A stretch of DNA of 64,000 nt from Podarcis cretensis (GCA_951804945.1 OX638151.1:73966001-74030000), one strand, 5' to 3'; shown: positions 53,901 through 62,942, counted from the stretch's first letter. Numbers and translations: made by a program. The notes: generated by a model not told the origin, from the sequence alone.

Positions 53901-56900
53901 TTGACTGTTTTTGCTTGGCTGGAATGTGTCCTTGAACTCTAATCGTGCTTCTTGCTTGCCTGGATGGAAGAGTGGGTGGGTGGGTGTGGAAACTAGCCTA
54001 TTCTACAAAGATAAAATTCACATTCATTGCTCTGGCCCCGCCCACCACTGGCATGTGGGTCCCAAACAGTTGCCCAGAAGAGAATGCAGCCCTTGGGTTG
54101 AAAGGGGTTCCTCATCCGGGTGGAATAAAGGTGGCATACCTGAAATAGTGGTTTGGAGGGACTGCCAAGAGGAGAGACCTAAATGTCACTGGATATGCGT
54201 TTTAATCTACATACCCCAAGAGTAGGAAAAAACCCCCTGCTGCACCAAAGTCCTTAATGGTTACTTTCAATCCTTCTTCAATGGGATTTCAATATAGCTC
54301 CCTGCACTGCCATCCCATGTGCCCATTACTTTACCTCTGCAGCTGTGCACTTTCTACTGCTGCCTCTATCAATCGATGGCGGAGGGTTAGAAGTTCAAGG
54401 AGCCTTGAGAAGATGTTCAGAATAAAAGCTTGCTTTTCTTTACCCTGTTTCTGCTTTCCCTCTTCTGCTGATTTCAGTGCTGACATAGCAATCTCTCTTA
54501 CAAGACAAGGATCTTCAACCAGAACTTCTGTGAATAACTATGGGGGACATACACTTCCTTTCAACAGTCAGTAAAAATAATGTTGTTGCTTAATTGTCTT
54601 ATCAAACCACGAGCCCAGGTTCAGATGACAAGTTAAGGCTGTTAAATATAATGGTTTAATTGACACTGAAATGGAGAATGCCTATGTGTATTAGTGAAAG
54701 GGATTAGCTAGAAGATTCCATTGAAGCTAAAGAAGAACAATAAAGGTTCTCTGAGCTCCTAGATGGGTTGATAACTGTTATTGTTCTCTACTAGCTAATA
54801 CGTGAGTGTTTAACCTTAGGTAACAAGGGTGCCATTGAATTTGTCCAGCTCACAAGCATAAAATCCTTAAAAGTTTGTATTGAAACTTTTAGTTGACTGT
54901 GTCAACAAGAGAAAGAAGATTTGCAGACCATATCAACAGATCAGTCCATTTTAACTGACATGAATGTGTAGAGTCCGCAACAGACATCACTAACAGCAAA
55001 GTCCTATGCTTGTCTCCTTGAAAGTAAGCCCCATTAAATAAAAGGGCACTTACTTTAAGGTAAGAATGTGTATCATAGCCTGAATTATTTAAAAACAAGA
55101 CAAAATCACCACAGATTTAGAATGTAGAAGACATACGTACATCTTTCTGAATTTGAGAGCCATAAAAAGACTCTGGCTGTTCCATGGTCAGCCATGTGTC
55201 CAGGGCAAGTTGAAGCACATGTTTTTCCAGATTAATTGCCTCCCTGGCTGTCTTTGGCCTACAGCTTTGCTGGAACTCCTGGAGGATATGACCCAGAGCT
55301 TTAGGAACTAAAGATACTAGGCCAAGGGAAGGGTGGAACTCGAGCAAATAAATGTTCTTCAAAGCCGAACTTTAAAAACAAAAACAAAATTAAAAAGCAT
55401 TATGAAAGGATAGAATCATTACATTACGAGAAATAACTTTTGTTTTCAAGGAGCCTAATAGGACAAATGATAGTTTTGTTTAAGTTAACCTGAAATCTGA
55501 TACATTCCATGCAAACCTTTACATACTGAGTGTCTTATGTAAATTGCGTAAATACATATTCTTCATTTATAAATCATTCTGTATCCTAGTATATAGTGAC
55601 AATGTAAGGATGTCATCATGGGGAGCCATGCAAACTGCACTGTAGGTGAGCAACCCAGGCAGGCAGGGCAGGCTGACCAGCCAAGTGAATTAGCAGCATG
55701 GGTGGTGGTCGGCTCGGGTGAGCAACAAAGGAACAGGCAGGCCAGGACGGGGAACCTCCTCAGCAACTGCCATACTCTGCTGCCACTGCCCACCTCACCT
55801 GTCACCCCTTCCTCCTGTTACTGGCAGTGACAGCAACAGCAGGATGAAGGTAGGAAGGCCTTTTCTCCTTTGTTTCTTTGTCCTGCTGCTGCCACCAAAG
55901 AGGCGGAAGTGAAGGAGAGAATATCTCCTTTCCGTCCTGCTGTTATTGCTACCATTGCTAGTCGGGAGGGGACAAATGTGAGAAAATATTTCTCCCCTAT
56001 GTTGCCCATGTTCTTGGCCTTCCCTCAACAGTGGAGGGGTCTAAGGGGAGGTTTGGCAAGGTCAATGGGGAGTGGGATGGGAGGTTTGGTGAGGGAGGTG
56101 CACTTGCAGCTGCCCATTGGTGATTGAGAGGGCACCCCAACCTTCCTGCCAGTGGCGTAGCGTGGGGGGTGCAGGGGGGGCCAGCCGCACCGGGCGCAAC
56201 ATGGGCGGGGGGCACGCTCGCACTAGCAGCTCTCTGCCCCTACTAAAATCCACGGGTTAGGGAGCCCGCGCTCGCTCGGCTTGGTGAGGAGGTCGCGGAA
56301 GGGGGAGAGCGAAGCCTTCTGCCGCGGGCGAAAAAAGGAGAGGAAGCCGGGCGGGCGGGCTGGCTGGCGGGGGGCTGGCTGCACCTGCTGCTGCCGTTGC
56401 CGCTGCTGCCGGGCTTTGACAGCTTGGCGAAGCGGAGGGAGAGGAGCTTTATGGTAATTGCGGCTCTCTCTCCACTGGCCTTCTGGGTAGTGAGCCGAGC
56501 CGAGCAGGGAGTCTGGCGAGGGGGCGGGAAGAGACTTTCCCCCCTTTTTTCCACCTCGCCTGGTCAAAAAGGAGAGCGGAGTCTCCTCAGGGCGCCCTCA
56601 GGCAGGGCAGGGCAAGGCAAGCAGAGCGAGGAGGAGAGAGAGGGGAAGGGGGGGGAAGCAGCAAGGAAACGCCGCGGTGTGGAGGGGGAATCAATTAAGG
56701 AGAGAAAGCGAAAAGCCTTGGAGAAAGGGAAAAAAGGAAAGAAAAGAGGCAGCTCCGGGAGAGCGTGGGGGAAAGAGAAGCCTCGCTGCTGCTGCTGCTG
56801 CTGCTTGGGAGAGTAAATTACTGTACTTGCCTTGCCCCGGGTGCTGATAACCCACGCTACGCCGCTGCTTCCTGCTTCTCCTTCAAACCTCCACAGTTTA

Positions 56901-59900
56901 AAGGAGTAATGTGGGGTGGGGTGGGGTGGGGGGCTGAAAACCCTTTGTAAACGTCCCTTTGCAATGTTGTCAATAAAATATTCATTTGGAAAAGCCATGT
57001 TGTTCATTTGGCTTAACATTGTGTTCAAAGTAGATCCGTGTTGTGAGATATGGCAATGCTATGTGTGAAAGCTACTCATCTACAGTTTAATTAGCTTATC
57101 TGCACCAACATCACTTTAATACAAAGGGATAACAGTGTGATTTTTTGTGGAAGATTCTGACTGAGCAAGTTAAAGATGGGCTCCCTTATAATACAGTACT
57201 TGCATCATATGATAAAGAGAGACAGACATTACTCACGGGGTGCTATTAATAGCAATTAATTGTTTTGCAATTATATATGGGGGAAAACCAAATTCACAGG
57301 TGCCACCTTTGGGACCATCACGCCAAATCCTGTGGTTATATTCACGTTGGTTATCTATCTAAAAACCAAATAAATAAAAACACAAGCCTCATGTAGCAGA
57401 AAAGGTGGGATATAAATGTAAGAAAACAGATTAAAAATAATAAATAAAAAACTCAAAGAGTCCACTAACCTGTTTGTTCAGTACACCTCTCACCAGCTGT
57501 AGGTGAAGCTCAAGGCAAGCACACTCATCTTTATAGATGTTCACAAAATACCCAAGATGGAAATCAAATCGAGGGCGTCTGTACATGATGCCTGTTACAA
57601 CTTGGGCCAAAGCAAATCTTTCTTCTGAATCTAATGCATGTTGATATGCTTCAAAGTAACTATTCAAAAGCTGAAAATAGATTTAAGGCAAAAATATATA
57701 GGTGGGTTTTTTTTTTTTTAAAAAAAGAATGATACCGTAATTTCTCTCTATTTTTTTACCAAAAGTTAACTTTCCCTATTTCACCTCTCTCTCTTATTTG
57801 CTAATTTAGTCAGCTATGTTTTATGTGGCTTGGCCATTCTGGGAACAGGACTATGGGAAAGAGGGACCTTAATTTCTATAAAGGAAGGGCTGGATGGGCT
57901 GTGGAACAGAAGAGTTAAAATGCTTCAAGATAAAATGTTTTGTAATGCAAGTTCTTTTGTAGTACTGCGTTTCAGATGATAAAAATTGAGTATAATTTAA
58001 AAAATCAGCTTCATATTCATTTAATAACAATGGAGCATTCAGATTAAAGTGATACTTAAAGTAAGCCCACTGAAAATCAATGAAACATTAGTCTGATATT
58101 TGCCTTGGATTTTGTCACATCTCACACTTTGTCTCTGAATTATGATAGCCCTGGAAAATATCCAAACCAATTAATTTAAGTTTTTCAGATATATTATAGC
58201 TATTAGAGCTACATAAGATGACTGGGGGAAGGGGGATATAAAATACTGTATTCCAAAAATGCTAATGATCGCTGTTTGCAAGTATAGTTGGTTTGAATAG
58301 TCCAACACACAAAGACAGCTCTAGGCAACTTTGGAAGGATGAGAAATAATTTTAATTTAAAAAAATATTGAATGTAACAGGAGCTCAGATTGGTTGGTTT
58401 TTAAAAATAATGTGGGAATATATATACACCTGCCATTTATTTTCTAAGAAAGCTGTTTCACAAGTCCAAAGGTCAAGGATTACTGCAGATCGATCCACTG
58501 ATGCATGAGCCCAGGCTGAGTAGTTGCTATTACTGGAATCACGGCATGCTTTGTGACCTCGAAAAGGAAAAACAGCACAACAGGCATTTCCACAGAAACC
58601 AGCAAGCTAAGGAAGAACAATGCCTACTTAACAAAACAAAATAAAAGAAAAAAAATTCCTTCCAGTAGCACCTTAAAGACCAACTAAGTTAGTTCTAGGT
58701 ATGACCTTTCGTGTGCATGCACACTTCTTCAGATACACTGAAACAGAAGTCACCAGACCCTTCTATATAGTGAGAAGGTGGGGAGGGGTATTACTCAGAA
58801 GGGTGGTGGGAATGGGTGATTGGCAGATAGCTGTGATGAGCCTGTTGACGACTCTTAACGACTGCAATAGGTCTTACAGGAAAAAGCAAGGGGTGAGAAG
58901 GTGAAAAATGGCTTTGTCATGTATAATGAGATAAGAATCCAATGTCTTTGTTAAGACCAGGTCTCTCCATGGTTTTAAGTTTGGTAATAAGTTGCAATTC
59001 AGCAGCTTCTCTTTCCAGTCTATTTCTGAAATTCCTTTGTAATAGAACAGCTACTTTGAGATCTTGTATAGAATGTCCTGGGAGATTGAAGTGTTCTCCT
59101 ACTGGTTTCTCTGTCTTGTGATTCCTGATGTCGGATTTATGTCCGTTTATCCTTTGGCGTAAGGTTTGGCCTGTTTGTCCAATATAGAGAGCTGAAGGAC
59201 ACTGTTGATATTTGATGGCATACACAATGTTAGACGATGTTTCTTGTGTTGAATATATGCTATATGGTAATTTATGGACCTAATTACATCATAGGAGCCT
59301 ACACAACACAAATACTATTGCTGTATATACCGTATTTTTCGCACCATAGGGCGCACCGGACCATAGGGCGCACCCAGTTTTTGGGGGGGGAAATAAAGGG
59401 GAAAAAATTATTTTCCCCCCAGGTGCGGGGCAGGGGCGGGGGAAGCTCGAGCTTCCCCCGACCCCAGCCCCCAAACAGGCAGCTCTCTGCAAGCCGTGGG
59501 AGCACTCCCGCTGCTTGCGGAGAGGTCCGCGAAGCCTGGGCGCGCTGAGCTCAGCGCGCGCAGGCTTCAGCATGCAGGCAACTCTCCGCAAGCAGCGGAA
59601 GCCCAGCGCTGGGCTCCCGCTGCTTGCGGAGAGGTTTGCGAAGCTTGGAGAGCGTGAGGGGTCGGTGCACACCGACCCCTCTCACTCTCCAGGCTTCAGC
59701 GAAAGCCTGCATTCGCACCATAGGACGCACACACATTTCCCCTTCATTTTTGGAGGGGAAAAAGTGCGTCCTATGGTGCGAAAAATACGGTAGGTTTTAT
59801 TTTATTTGTTTTTTCATCTCATATTTTGGAAATGTACATCCAGGTTTTTTTCCTTTAAATTTTTTTGGGGCCCCCAAGAGAGTGGGGCCCTAAGCTATAG

Positions 59901-62900
59901 CTTGTTTAGCTTATACGTAAATCTGGCACTGGCTGGAAAGAAGCTTGCTGCACAAAAGAGTGACATCCTCTGGCCCCACCCATCACTGACATTCAGCCCT
60001 TGGAAGGTTGTCCTCTACTTGAAAAAGGTCCCTTGCCCCAGTCCAACAACAAATATAGACTAGACATTGTGATATGAGGTGCCTAAAGGTGCTTGCTGTG
60101 TCACCATTGACACAGACCAGTGTTTCCCAAACTTGGGTCTGCAGCTGTTTTCGGACTACAATTTCCATCATCCCTGGCCACTGGTCTTGCTAGTTAGGGA
60201 TGGTGGGAGTTGTAGTCCAAAAACAGCTGGAGACCCAAGTTTGGGAAACACTGACATAGACCTCAACATTTCACACAATCATATGAAAAGAGTCTAGAGT
60301 CCCACTCTGCTAGGCTGGCTCAGTAGCTGACAATAAGCAGCTTACTATAAACTGACGTTTAGCAAAGTCAGGCACCCTGGCTGAGTTTTTGGGATACCAA
60401 CTTTTGGGCTGGTGATCATCCTTGTGACTGATCATTCCTATTTGTGCTCCTTTCCCCCCCTCTCTGTCCTTCTCATTTGCAGAAGTGTACCAAACTGTGA
60501 TGATTCTTACCTTTCCCTGCCTCAATGTACTGGGTTGCCACAAGCAAAAGCTGCTTTTCTAGCTCTTTCAGGTCCTGGAGGGCTACATCGTACATCACAA
60601 AAGCCCCTCGCTGATCCTGGGTGTGAACATACATGTCCTCTGTGGTGTAAAAATCATCATGGTTTTCTACCTCTGCAAACTCCATAAACTGCACACTGTG
60701 AACCTGTGCCAGGGACAGATTAGAAATAAACACATGATGAAGCCTATATTAGAAGTACCAAATAAAACAGTGCATGTACATGTGGGCATGTGGGCACACG
60801 TACATACATGTGTGTGTGTAACTTTCAAGAGTTTTGTAAAGGTATGGAAGAGTTTGACCTGCTGTAAACTTGTGGAGGAAGATTCAGTTCTGGTTGGCAA
60901 TGAGATTTAGGAGTGGAAGCAGTGTATTTTTTGTGAATTTCAAGCTGAAGGCAAATTTTGAATGTTAAAAGTCTGACCCATCCATAGAACAGATTGCTTT
61001 AAGGCTGCAAGACTAAGCATGCTTGCTGGTGAGCAAGTCCCAATGAGATCCATGGGGCACTTCTGAAAATACACGATTAGGGTAGTAATTTTAGTAGTGG
61101 GGGAGGCTGCAGTGTACAGGAGGGAGACTTTGCTCATGTGTTTGCTGCATTTATTTAGTTAGTGAAATTTATACACCACTTAATTTTAAAAATACCCTCC
61201 ATAAGTAGCTTACATAAAATGGTATAAAATAGCCATTTAACAATAGCAATAAAAATAGACAAATTATTTGAAAAAAAATTTTCAAATGAGAAATAAAGTT
61301 TGAAAAGCAAATGTGCACCAGAAAATTACATAACAGGGTAGCCTGGCTAAGCAAAAAAGGCCTTGAAAGCAATACAACGAAGGCATATGCCTAATGTTAA
61401 TTTGTCTGCTTCGACCTTTGAACAGAGATAAGAAATCTATAACTCTGTGTCAGATGTGGAACACTCAAATGCATTTCCGCATAAGGCATATGGCTTTGAT
61501 TTTATGACCTGCACTTCATCAGCTTGGGTAAATACAGATTGTCATAAATAGAGCTGGGGTTGTAAGGAGACTGGGGATTCCCCTAAATGCCCCCATATGC
61601 TATATCCTGTAACATGCAGGACCTACTCCATATATATATATGAAGCTGCCTAACACTAAGTCAGACCATTGGTCCATCTATCTCAGATCCTCTACTCCGA
61701 TTGGCAGCAATTCTCCAGGGAGCTGGAAATGGCAGGGATTGAACCAGGGCCCTTCTGCATGCAAGGTCAGCTGGAACACCCGTTGACCTTGGTGCCGCAC
61801 CTATTTTATTCATGTGTCTGTCTATGAAGCTATTTTACAAAGTACCCAAATGCCTCACCTTATAGTCGGCTGGTGTGTAATGCACATAGGGGTGTGAACC
61901 AAGACCACCATAGGCACCTCTGCCCCCTTTGGCTGCATTTACCCAACAGGAATCTTCAGCAGTGGAGACCAGATGGCCAGCACTCAAGGCAAGACCCGAG
62001 GTGCTGATGGTTAGGGTTCTTTCAACGGATCTGAAGTAGTTGAGGATGCCCAAACAAATTCTCTAGTACAAATGAGACAGTTACGATGAAATAAAAATAA
62101 GTCTTATTATGTACAGTCTTGCATAATATGAACATTTGAATGCAATTTTTCTTTTTACCTGCAGCTCTCGGATTTGCAAGTGACGCAAAAGGAGGAGAGA
62201 TAAGTAGGCTCCTTTCCTCATGGGAAGCCCCTTGCTGTCGGCCTCCATGTCCTCATCTAACCCCAGCAGCTGCAAGGTCGTTGTGTAACTACATATTTTC
62301 CCCAAGAAGGAGAAATTTAATTAAATTACTGTTCCTCAAAGAGATTCTCAGTTACATCTAAATTGCATAATCTCTTTATATTTGCTTTTTAGGAGGTAAA
62401 GCTCCTACTGTAATCACTCACATGGAAACCTCCAGAACAGAACAACATTTAGAAGGCCAGGAGAGTGTGTTAGTGCAATCACATTTAAGGTGGTGCCAGT
62501 GAGTACACATATGCAGGGTTGGACCTTGATAATATGCTGCCCAGTGCGAGGCCATTTGACGCCCTCCCCCTAATCCTTGTGGTGCCGCCTTAAACCAAGC
62601 TTTGGGAAAGAGGTGTGAGGCTCTGCCAGGGTCCTAGAGCCCTCCTATTTCCTTCCCAATGCCTGGGTAAGTGCTTGCCTGACACTGGGAAGGAGACAGG
62701 GCAATTTGAGAAGCTGCCCTTCCATTTGTGTTTTGACAGCTTTGGTACAGCCCATTCATTTTTAGCATTAAACATAAGCATCACACAGAGGAACCGGCAA
62801 TATTCATTTCACCTTGTGTCTTTTTTCTTTCTTGAAAAAGTGGAGGTCTTGTTAAAGTTGGAGTGTCTCATTTCCTTCTCACCAGATGCCATGGTAGGAT

Positions 62901-62942
62901 TATCAGCATCATCACTGGTTTGCTCCTGTCCATATTTAAGGG
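23400..62942 (-). CDS. CCDC162: Coiled-coil domain-containing protein 162 (orthologue of human CCDC162P/C6orf183-185 locus); 36 coding exons in window, about 1,730 codons, 5' part upstream of window
   Basis: Chain of 36 GT-AG exons whose phases join into one open frame (5201 nt) ending VPCGWRNSVIDVLLPAL...SEK*; recalled motifs (LNYFRSVERTLTI, FHPSLGL, LNLWFIPH, FPWR, coiled-coil C-terminus); tail-to-tail with CD164 as in mammals. Confidence 0.9.
23800..23933 (-). CDS. CCDC162: CCDC162 penultimate coding exon
   Basis: SASWSQNTGISTFTLTKDFRHQLLV...IQRPKT|gtgagt. Confidence 0.86.
26635..26755 (-). CDS. CCDC162: CCDC162 exon
   Basis: VRSQLSQERSLKLDAFQRIKELQHQLYDSE...NSSA G|gtatgg. Confidence 0.9.
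27183..27392 (-). CDS. CCDC162: CCDC162 exon
   Basis: GHMLQEVEHRMNQEVHRKQQLDLIK...KVKKEIQQ|gtaagt. Confidence 0.9.
28591..28743 (-). CDS. CCDC162: CCDC162 exon
   Basis: EAIQNKKEHLKSKLMAEQE...LKQQLDKQ|gtatgt. Confidence 0.9.
30010..30141 (-). CDS. CCDC162: CCDC162 exon (alternative start 30144, NAGNAG)
   Basis: GHLQALQDENNQLRVLLCKLKAMSCWKE...REMEK|gtgag. Confidence 0.85.
31585..31737 (-). CDS. CCDC162: CCDC162 exon
   Basis: GRVDEYRLSMSQRMFEIISEVRREGVDKMIDLKKKYGSTKDNKTLKEHLAQ|gtaagt. Confidence 0.9.
32251..32418 (-). CDS. CCDC162: CCDC162 exon
   Basis: VAELSHEMIMEMMALRARIADL...ICLQLK|gtaggt. Confidence 0.9.
32554..32607 (-). CDS. CCDC162: CCDC162 exon
   Basis: EMHVVEDKRGNAELGLSQ|gttagt; 54 nt, phase 0-0. 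Confidence 0.8.
32749..32898 (-). CDS. CCDC162: CCDC162 exon
   Basis: ITFPKDHLQKCFTALGCDVMARERSNFETYSMFYENLL...YQKEQ|gtattc. Confidence 0.9.
33121..33264. mobile_element. Degraded palindromic hAT MITE
   Basis: caggggtagcca...tggctactccta ends with acaactcccatca / tgatgggaac internal inverted motif shared with 60118-60253. Confidence 0.55.
33732..33841 (-). CDS. CCDC162: CCDC162 exon
   Basis: LWKHHGMQEIFSVTRPEIVESFVQKLMENHQETDAE|gtacat. Confidence 0.88.
34608..34728 (-). CDS. CCDC162: CCDC162 exon
   Basis: LQKLLESLEIHMIRDVQKKVNKEITLVISEKTREERNLST G|gtaac. Confidence 0.9.
35678..35817. mobile_element. Short hAT MITE (140 bp)
   Basis: TIR CAGTGGCGTAGCGTGGG / CCCACGCTATGCCACTG; 8-bp TSD GCACAAGC (35670-35677, 35818-35825). 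Confidence 0.92.
35967..35998. repeat. (GT)n microsatellite
   Basis: About 15 dinucleotide units. Confidence 0.9.
36221..36359 (-). CDS. CCDC162: CCDC162 exon
   Basis: TEVLYPAMRSMAIHMGIEDELEG...ASETEIKTHQ|gtaaaa. Confidence 0.9.
37572..37780 (-). CDS. CCDC162: CCDC162 exon (alternative start 37783, NAGNAG)
   Basis: NLAMTTEAS...SYLILWKQLEILKAEWGRLKLKVDDINTVPLYKQFAEQY GG|gtaagt. Confidence 0.88.
39079..39222 (-). CDS. CCDC162: CCDC162 exon
   Basis: LCLCGLNDEDRKVVHGELVEMQLAMEDVL...RTSFGK|gtaaat. Confidence 0.88.
39403..39498 (-). CDS. CCDC162: CCDC162 exon
   Basis: ALLLFPWRTFLASTGPFPVIISNLDPINYNMQ|gtatgg. Confidence 0.88.
39787..40012. mobile_element. Tc1/mariner-pogo (Tigger-like) MITE
   Basis: Same family as 5916-6141; TIR CAGTGGTACCTC...GAGGTACCACTG, TA at right end. 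Confidence 0.86.
40983..41136 (-). CDS. CCDC162: CCDC162 exon
   Basis: EAFLSSGNVSAYQSIMDHIYHGLPAISN...LPQPLDPHGHR|gtgagt. Confidence 0.9.
42701..42839 (-). CDS. CCDC162: CCDC162 exon
   Basis: IELQDLQKKIDNLHSPSDPKKVAQ...QFEAAVRHSV CG|gtaag. Confidence 0.88.
43862..43904. repeat. Inverted (GT)n/(AC)n microsatellite
   Basis: gtgt...gtgtacacacacacacaca, palindromic about GTAC at 43888-43891. Confidence 0.9.
44044..44209 (-). CDS. CCDC162: CCDC162 exon
   Basis: TGFKALRQTLQIVAAFHDIISYIFSFAQLGN...AEWGGTEWI G|gttagt. Confidence 0.88.
44353..44513. mobile_element. hAT-like MITE
   Basis: Ends CAGGCCCA...TGGGCCTG; 8-bp near-TSD GATCAGTG/GACCAGTG. Confidence 0.6.
45636..45983. mobile_element. Old hAT-Charlie element
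   Basis: Ends CAGGGCAGCCCAAC / GTTGGACCACCATG; 8-bp near-TSD ATCTAAAC/ATCTATAC. Confidence 0.6.
46036..46153 (-). CDS. CCDC162: CCDC162 exon
   Basis: SFQTRPRGLLSTDGRSFLNLWFIPHPSEILSVFKMLPEK|gttcgt. Confidence 0.88.
46671..46800 (+). mobile_element. CORE/MIR-like SINE fragment
   Basis: gtgtagtg..aga A-box-like head and accttgggc...acctacctcacagggttgttgt core. Confidence 0.55.
46961..47137 (-). CDS. CCDC162: CCDC162 exon
   Basis: MNHRISQYSLRSQIIAYYNSL...KPEDDP AG|gtatgt. Confidence 0.9.
48151..48200 (-). CDS. CCDC162: CCDC162 exon
   Basis: EEVEKVKREVIVEYCH AA|gtaagt; 50 nt, required for phase. Confidence 0.87.
48874..48985 (-). CDS. CCDC162: CCDC162 exon
   Basis: PREAFVSIQLEKQGPRDMMLNTFIQKKQILGTRMQNP|gtaagt. 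Confidence 0.9.
49080..49437 (+). mobile_element. Sauria SINE (Squam1-type)
   Basis: Pol III A box GGTGGCGCTGTGG, B box GGTTCGAATCC, ~360 bp body, cctttacctt tail; 11-bp TSD TAATATTTACC (49069-49079, 49438-49448). Confidence 0.93.
50061..50209 (-). CDS. CCDC162: CCDC162 exon
   Basis: EGGLSLRSQSSSASRSS...AAGHSILK AG|gtaggt. Confidence 0.85.
51003..51143 (-). CDS. CCDC162: CCDC162 exon
   Basis: LLLKSNGLENLQIALACQVTHKNTLLVAVQQAAFCPMMQPLRTLDMK|gtttgc. Confidence 0.86.
51998..52088 (-). CDS. CCDC162: CCDC162 exon
   Basis: YIPSSLMLNIHDIDNQIGKFSFRTRDSILQ|gtgac. Confidence 0.88.
53460..53618 (-). CDS. CCDC162: CCDC162 exon
   Basis: LYKEFAGEMGFDEFHLYLRPVYFEFA...DSSVD AG|gtaaac. Confidence 0.9.
54335..54537 (-). 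CDS. CCDC162: CCDC162 exon
   Basis: LFTEVLVEDPCLVREIA...LLTLRHRLIEAAVESAQLQ AG|gtaaag. Confidence 0.9.
55141..55369 (-). CDS. CCDC162: CCDC162 exon
   Basis: SALKNIYLLEFHPSLGLVSL...YGSQIQKD|gtacgt. Confidence 0.9.
56150..56867. mobile_element. Long hAT element (718 bp), same termini as 35678-35817, GC-rich interior
   Basis: TIR CAGTGGCGTAGCGTGGG / CCCACGCTACGCCGCTG; 8-bp TSD CTTCCTGC (56142-56149, 56868-56875). Confidence 0.92.
57237..57358 (-). CDS. CCDC162: CCDC162 exon
   Basis: IDNQREYNHRIWRDGPKGGTCEFGFPPYIIAKQLIAINST CC|gtgagt. Confidence 0.88.
57470..57670 (-). CDS. CCDC162: CCDC162 exon
   Basis: LLNSYFEAYQHALDSEERFALAQ...RGVLNKQ|gttagt. Confidence 0.9.
58430..58557 (-). CDS. CCDC162: CCDC162 exon
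   Basis: HKACRDSSNSNYSAWAHASVDRSAVILDLWTCETAFLENKWQ; acceptor ttttcgag. Confidence 0.82.
58630..59236 (-). mobile_element. Penelope-like retroelement 3' fragment (GIY-YIG endonuclease end plus tail)
   Basis: ORF 58917-59225 YAIKYQQCPSALYIGQTGQTLRQRINGHKSDI...PVGEHFNLPGH...AAELQLITKL...GLNKD is the PLE GIY-YIG domain; downstream tail matches 17968-18030. Confidence 0.9.
58699..58736 (-). ncRNA. Minimal hammerhead ribozyme motif in PLE tail
   Basis: Minus strand GUAU-CUGAAGA-A-GUGUGC AU GCACAC-GAAA-GG-UC-AUAC: conserved core, stem II and short stem I. Confidence 0.7.
59330..59790. mobile_element. Tc2/pogo-like MITE (CCGTA termini)
   Basis: ~27-bp TIR CCGTATTTTTCGCACCATAGG(G/A)CGCAC; TA at 59328-59329 and 59791-59792; CpG-rich. 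Confidence 0.9.
60118..60253. mobile_element. Palindromic hAT-Charlie MITE
   Basis: Arms CAGTGTTTCCCAAACTTGGGTCT... / ...AGACCCAAGTTTGGGAAACACTG; 8-bp near-TSD ACACAGAC/ACATAGAC. Confidence 0.9.
60511..60703 (-). CDS. CCDC162: CCDC162 exon
   Basis: VHSVQFMEFAEVENHDDFY...LLLVATQYIEAGK G|gtaag. Confidence 0.9.
61859..62062 (-). CDS. CCDC162: CCDC162 exon
   Basis: RICLGILNYFRSVERTLTISTSG...HYTPADYK|gtgag. Confidence 0.9.
62159..62288 (-). CDS. CCDC162: CCDC162 exon
   Basis: YTTTLQLLGLDED...YLSLLLLRHLQIRELQ|gtaaaa. Confidence 0.85.
62813..62942 (-). CDS. CCDC162: CCDC162 exon (5' boundary tentative)
   Basis: LKYGQEQTSDDADNPTMASGEKEMRHSNFNKTSTFSRKKKDT; donor AG|gtgaaa, phase 2 matches next exon. 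Confidence 0.6.

Noticed and set aside
55563-57028. Cluster of Arg/Pro/Gly-rich ORFs
   Set aside because: Low-complexity GC-rich transposon interior; no recognisable domain
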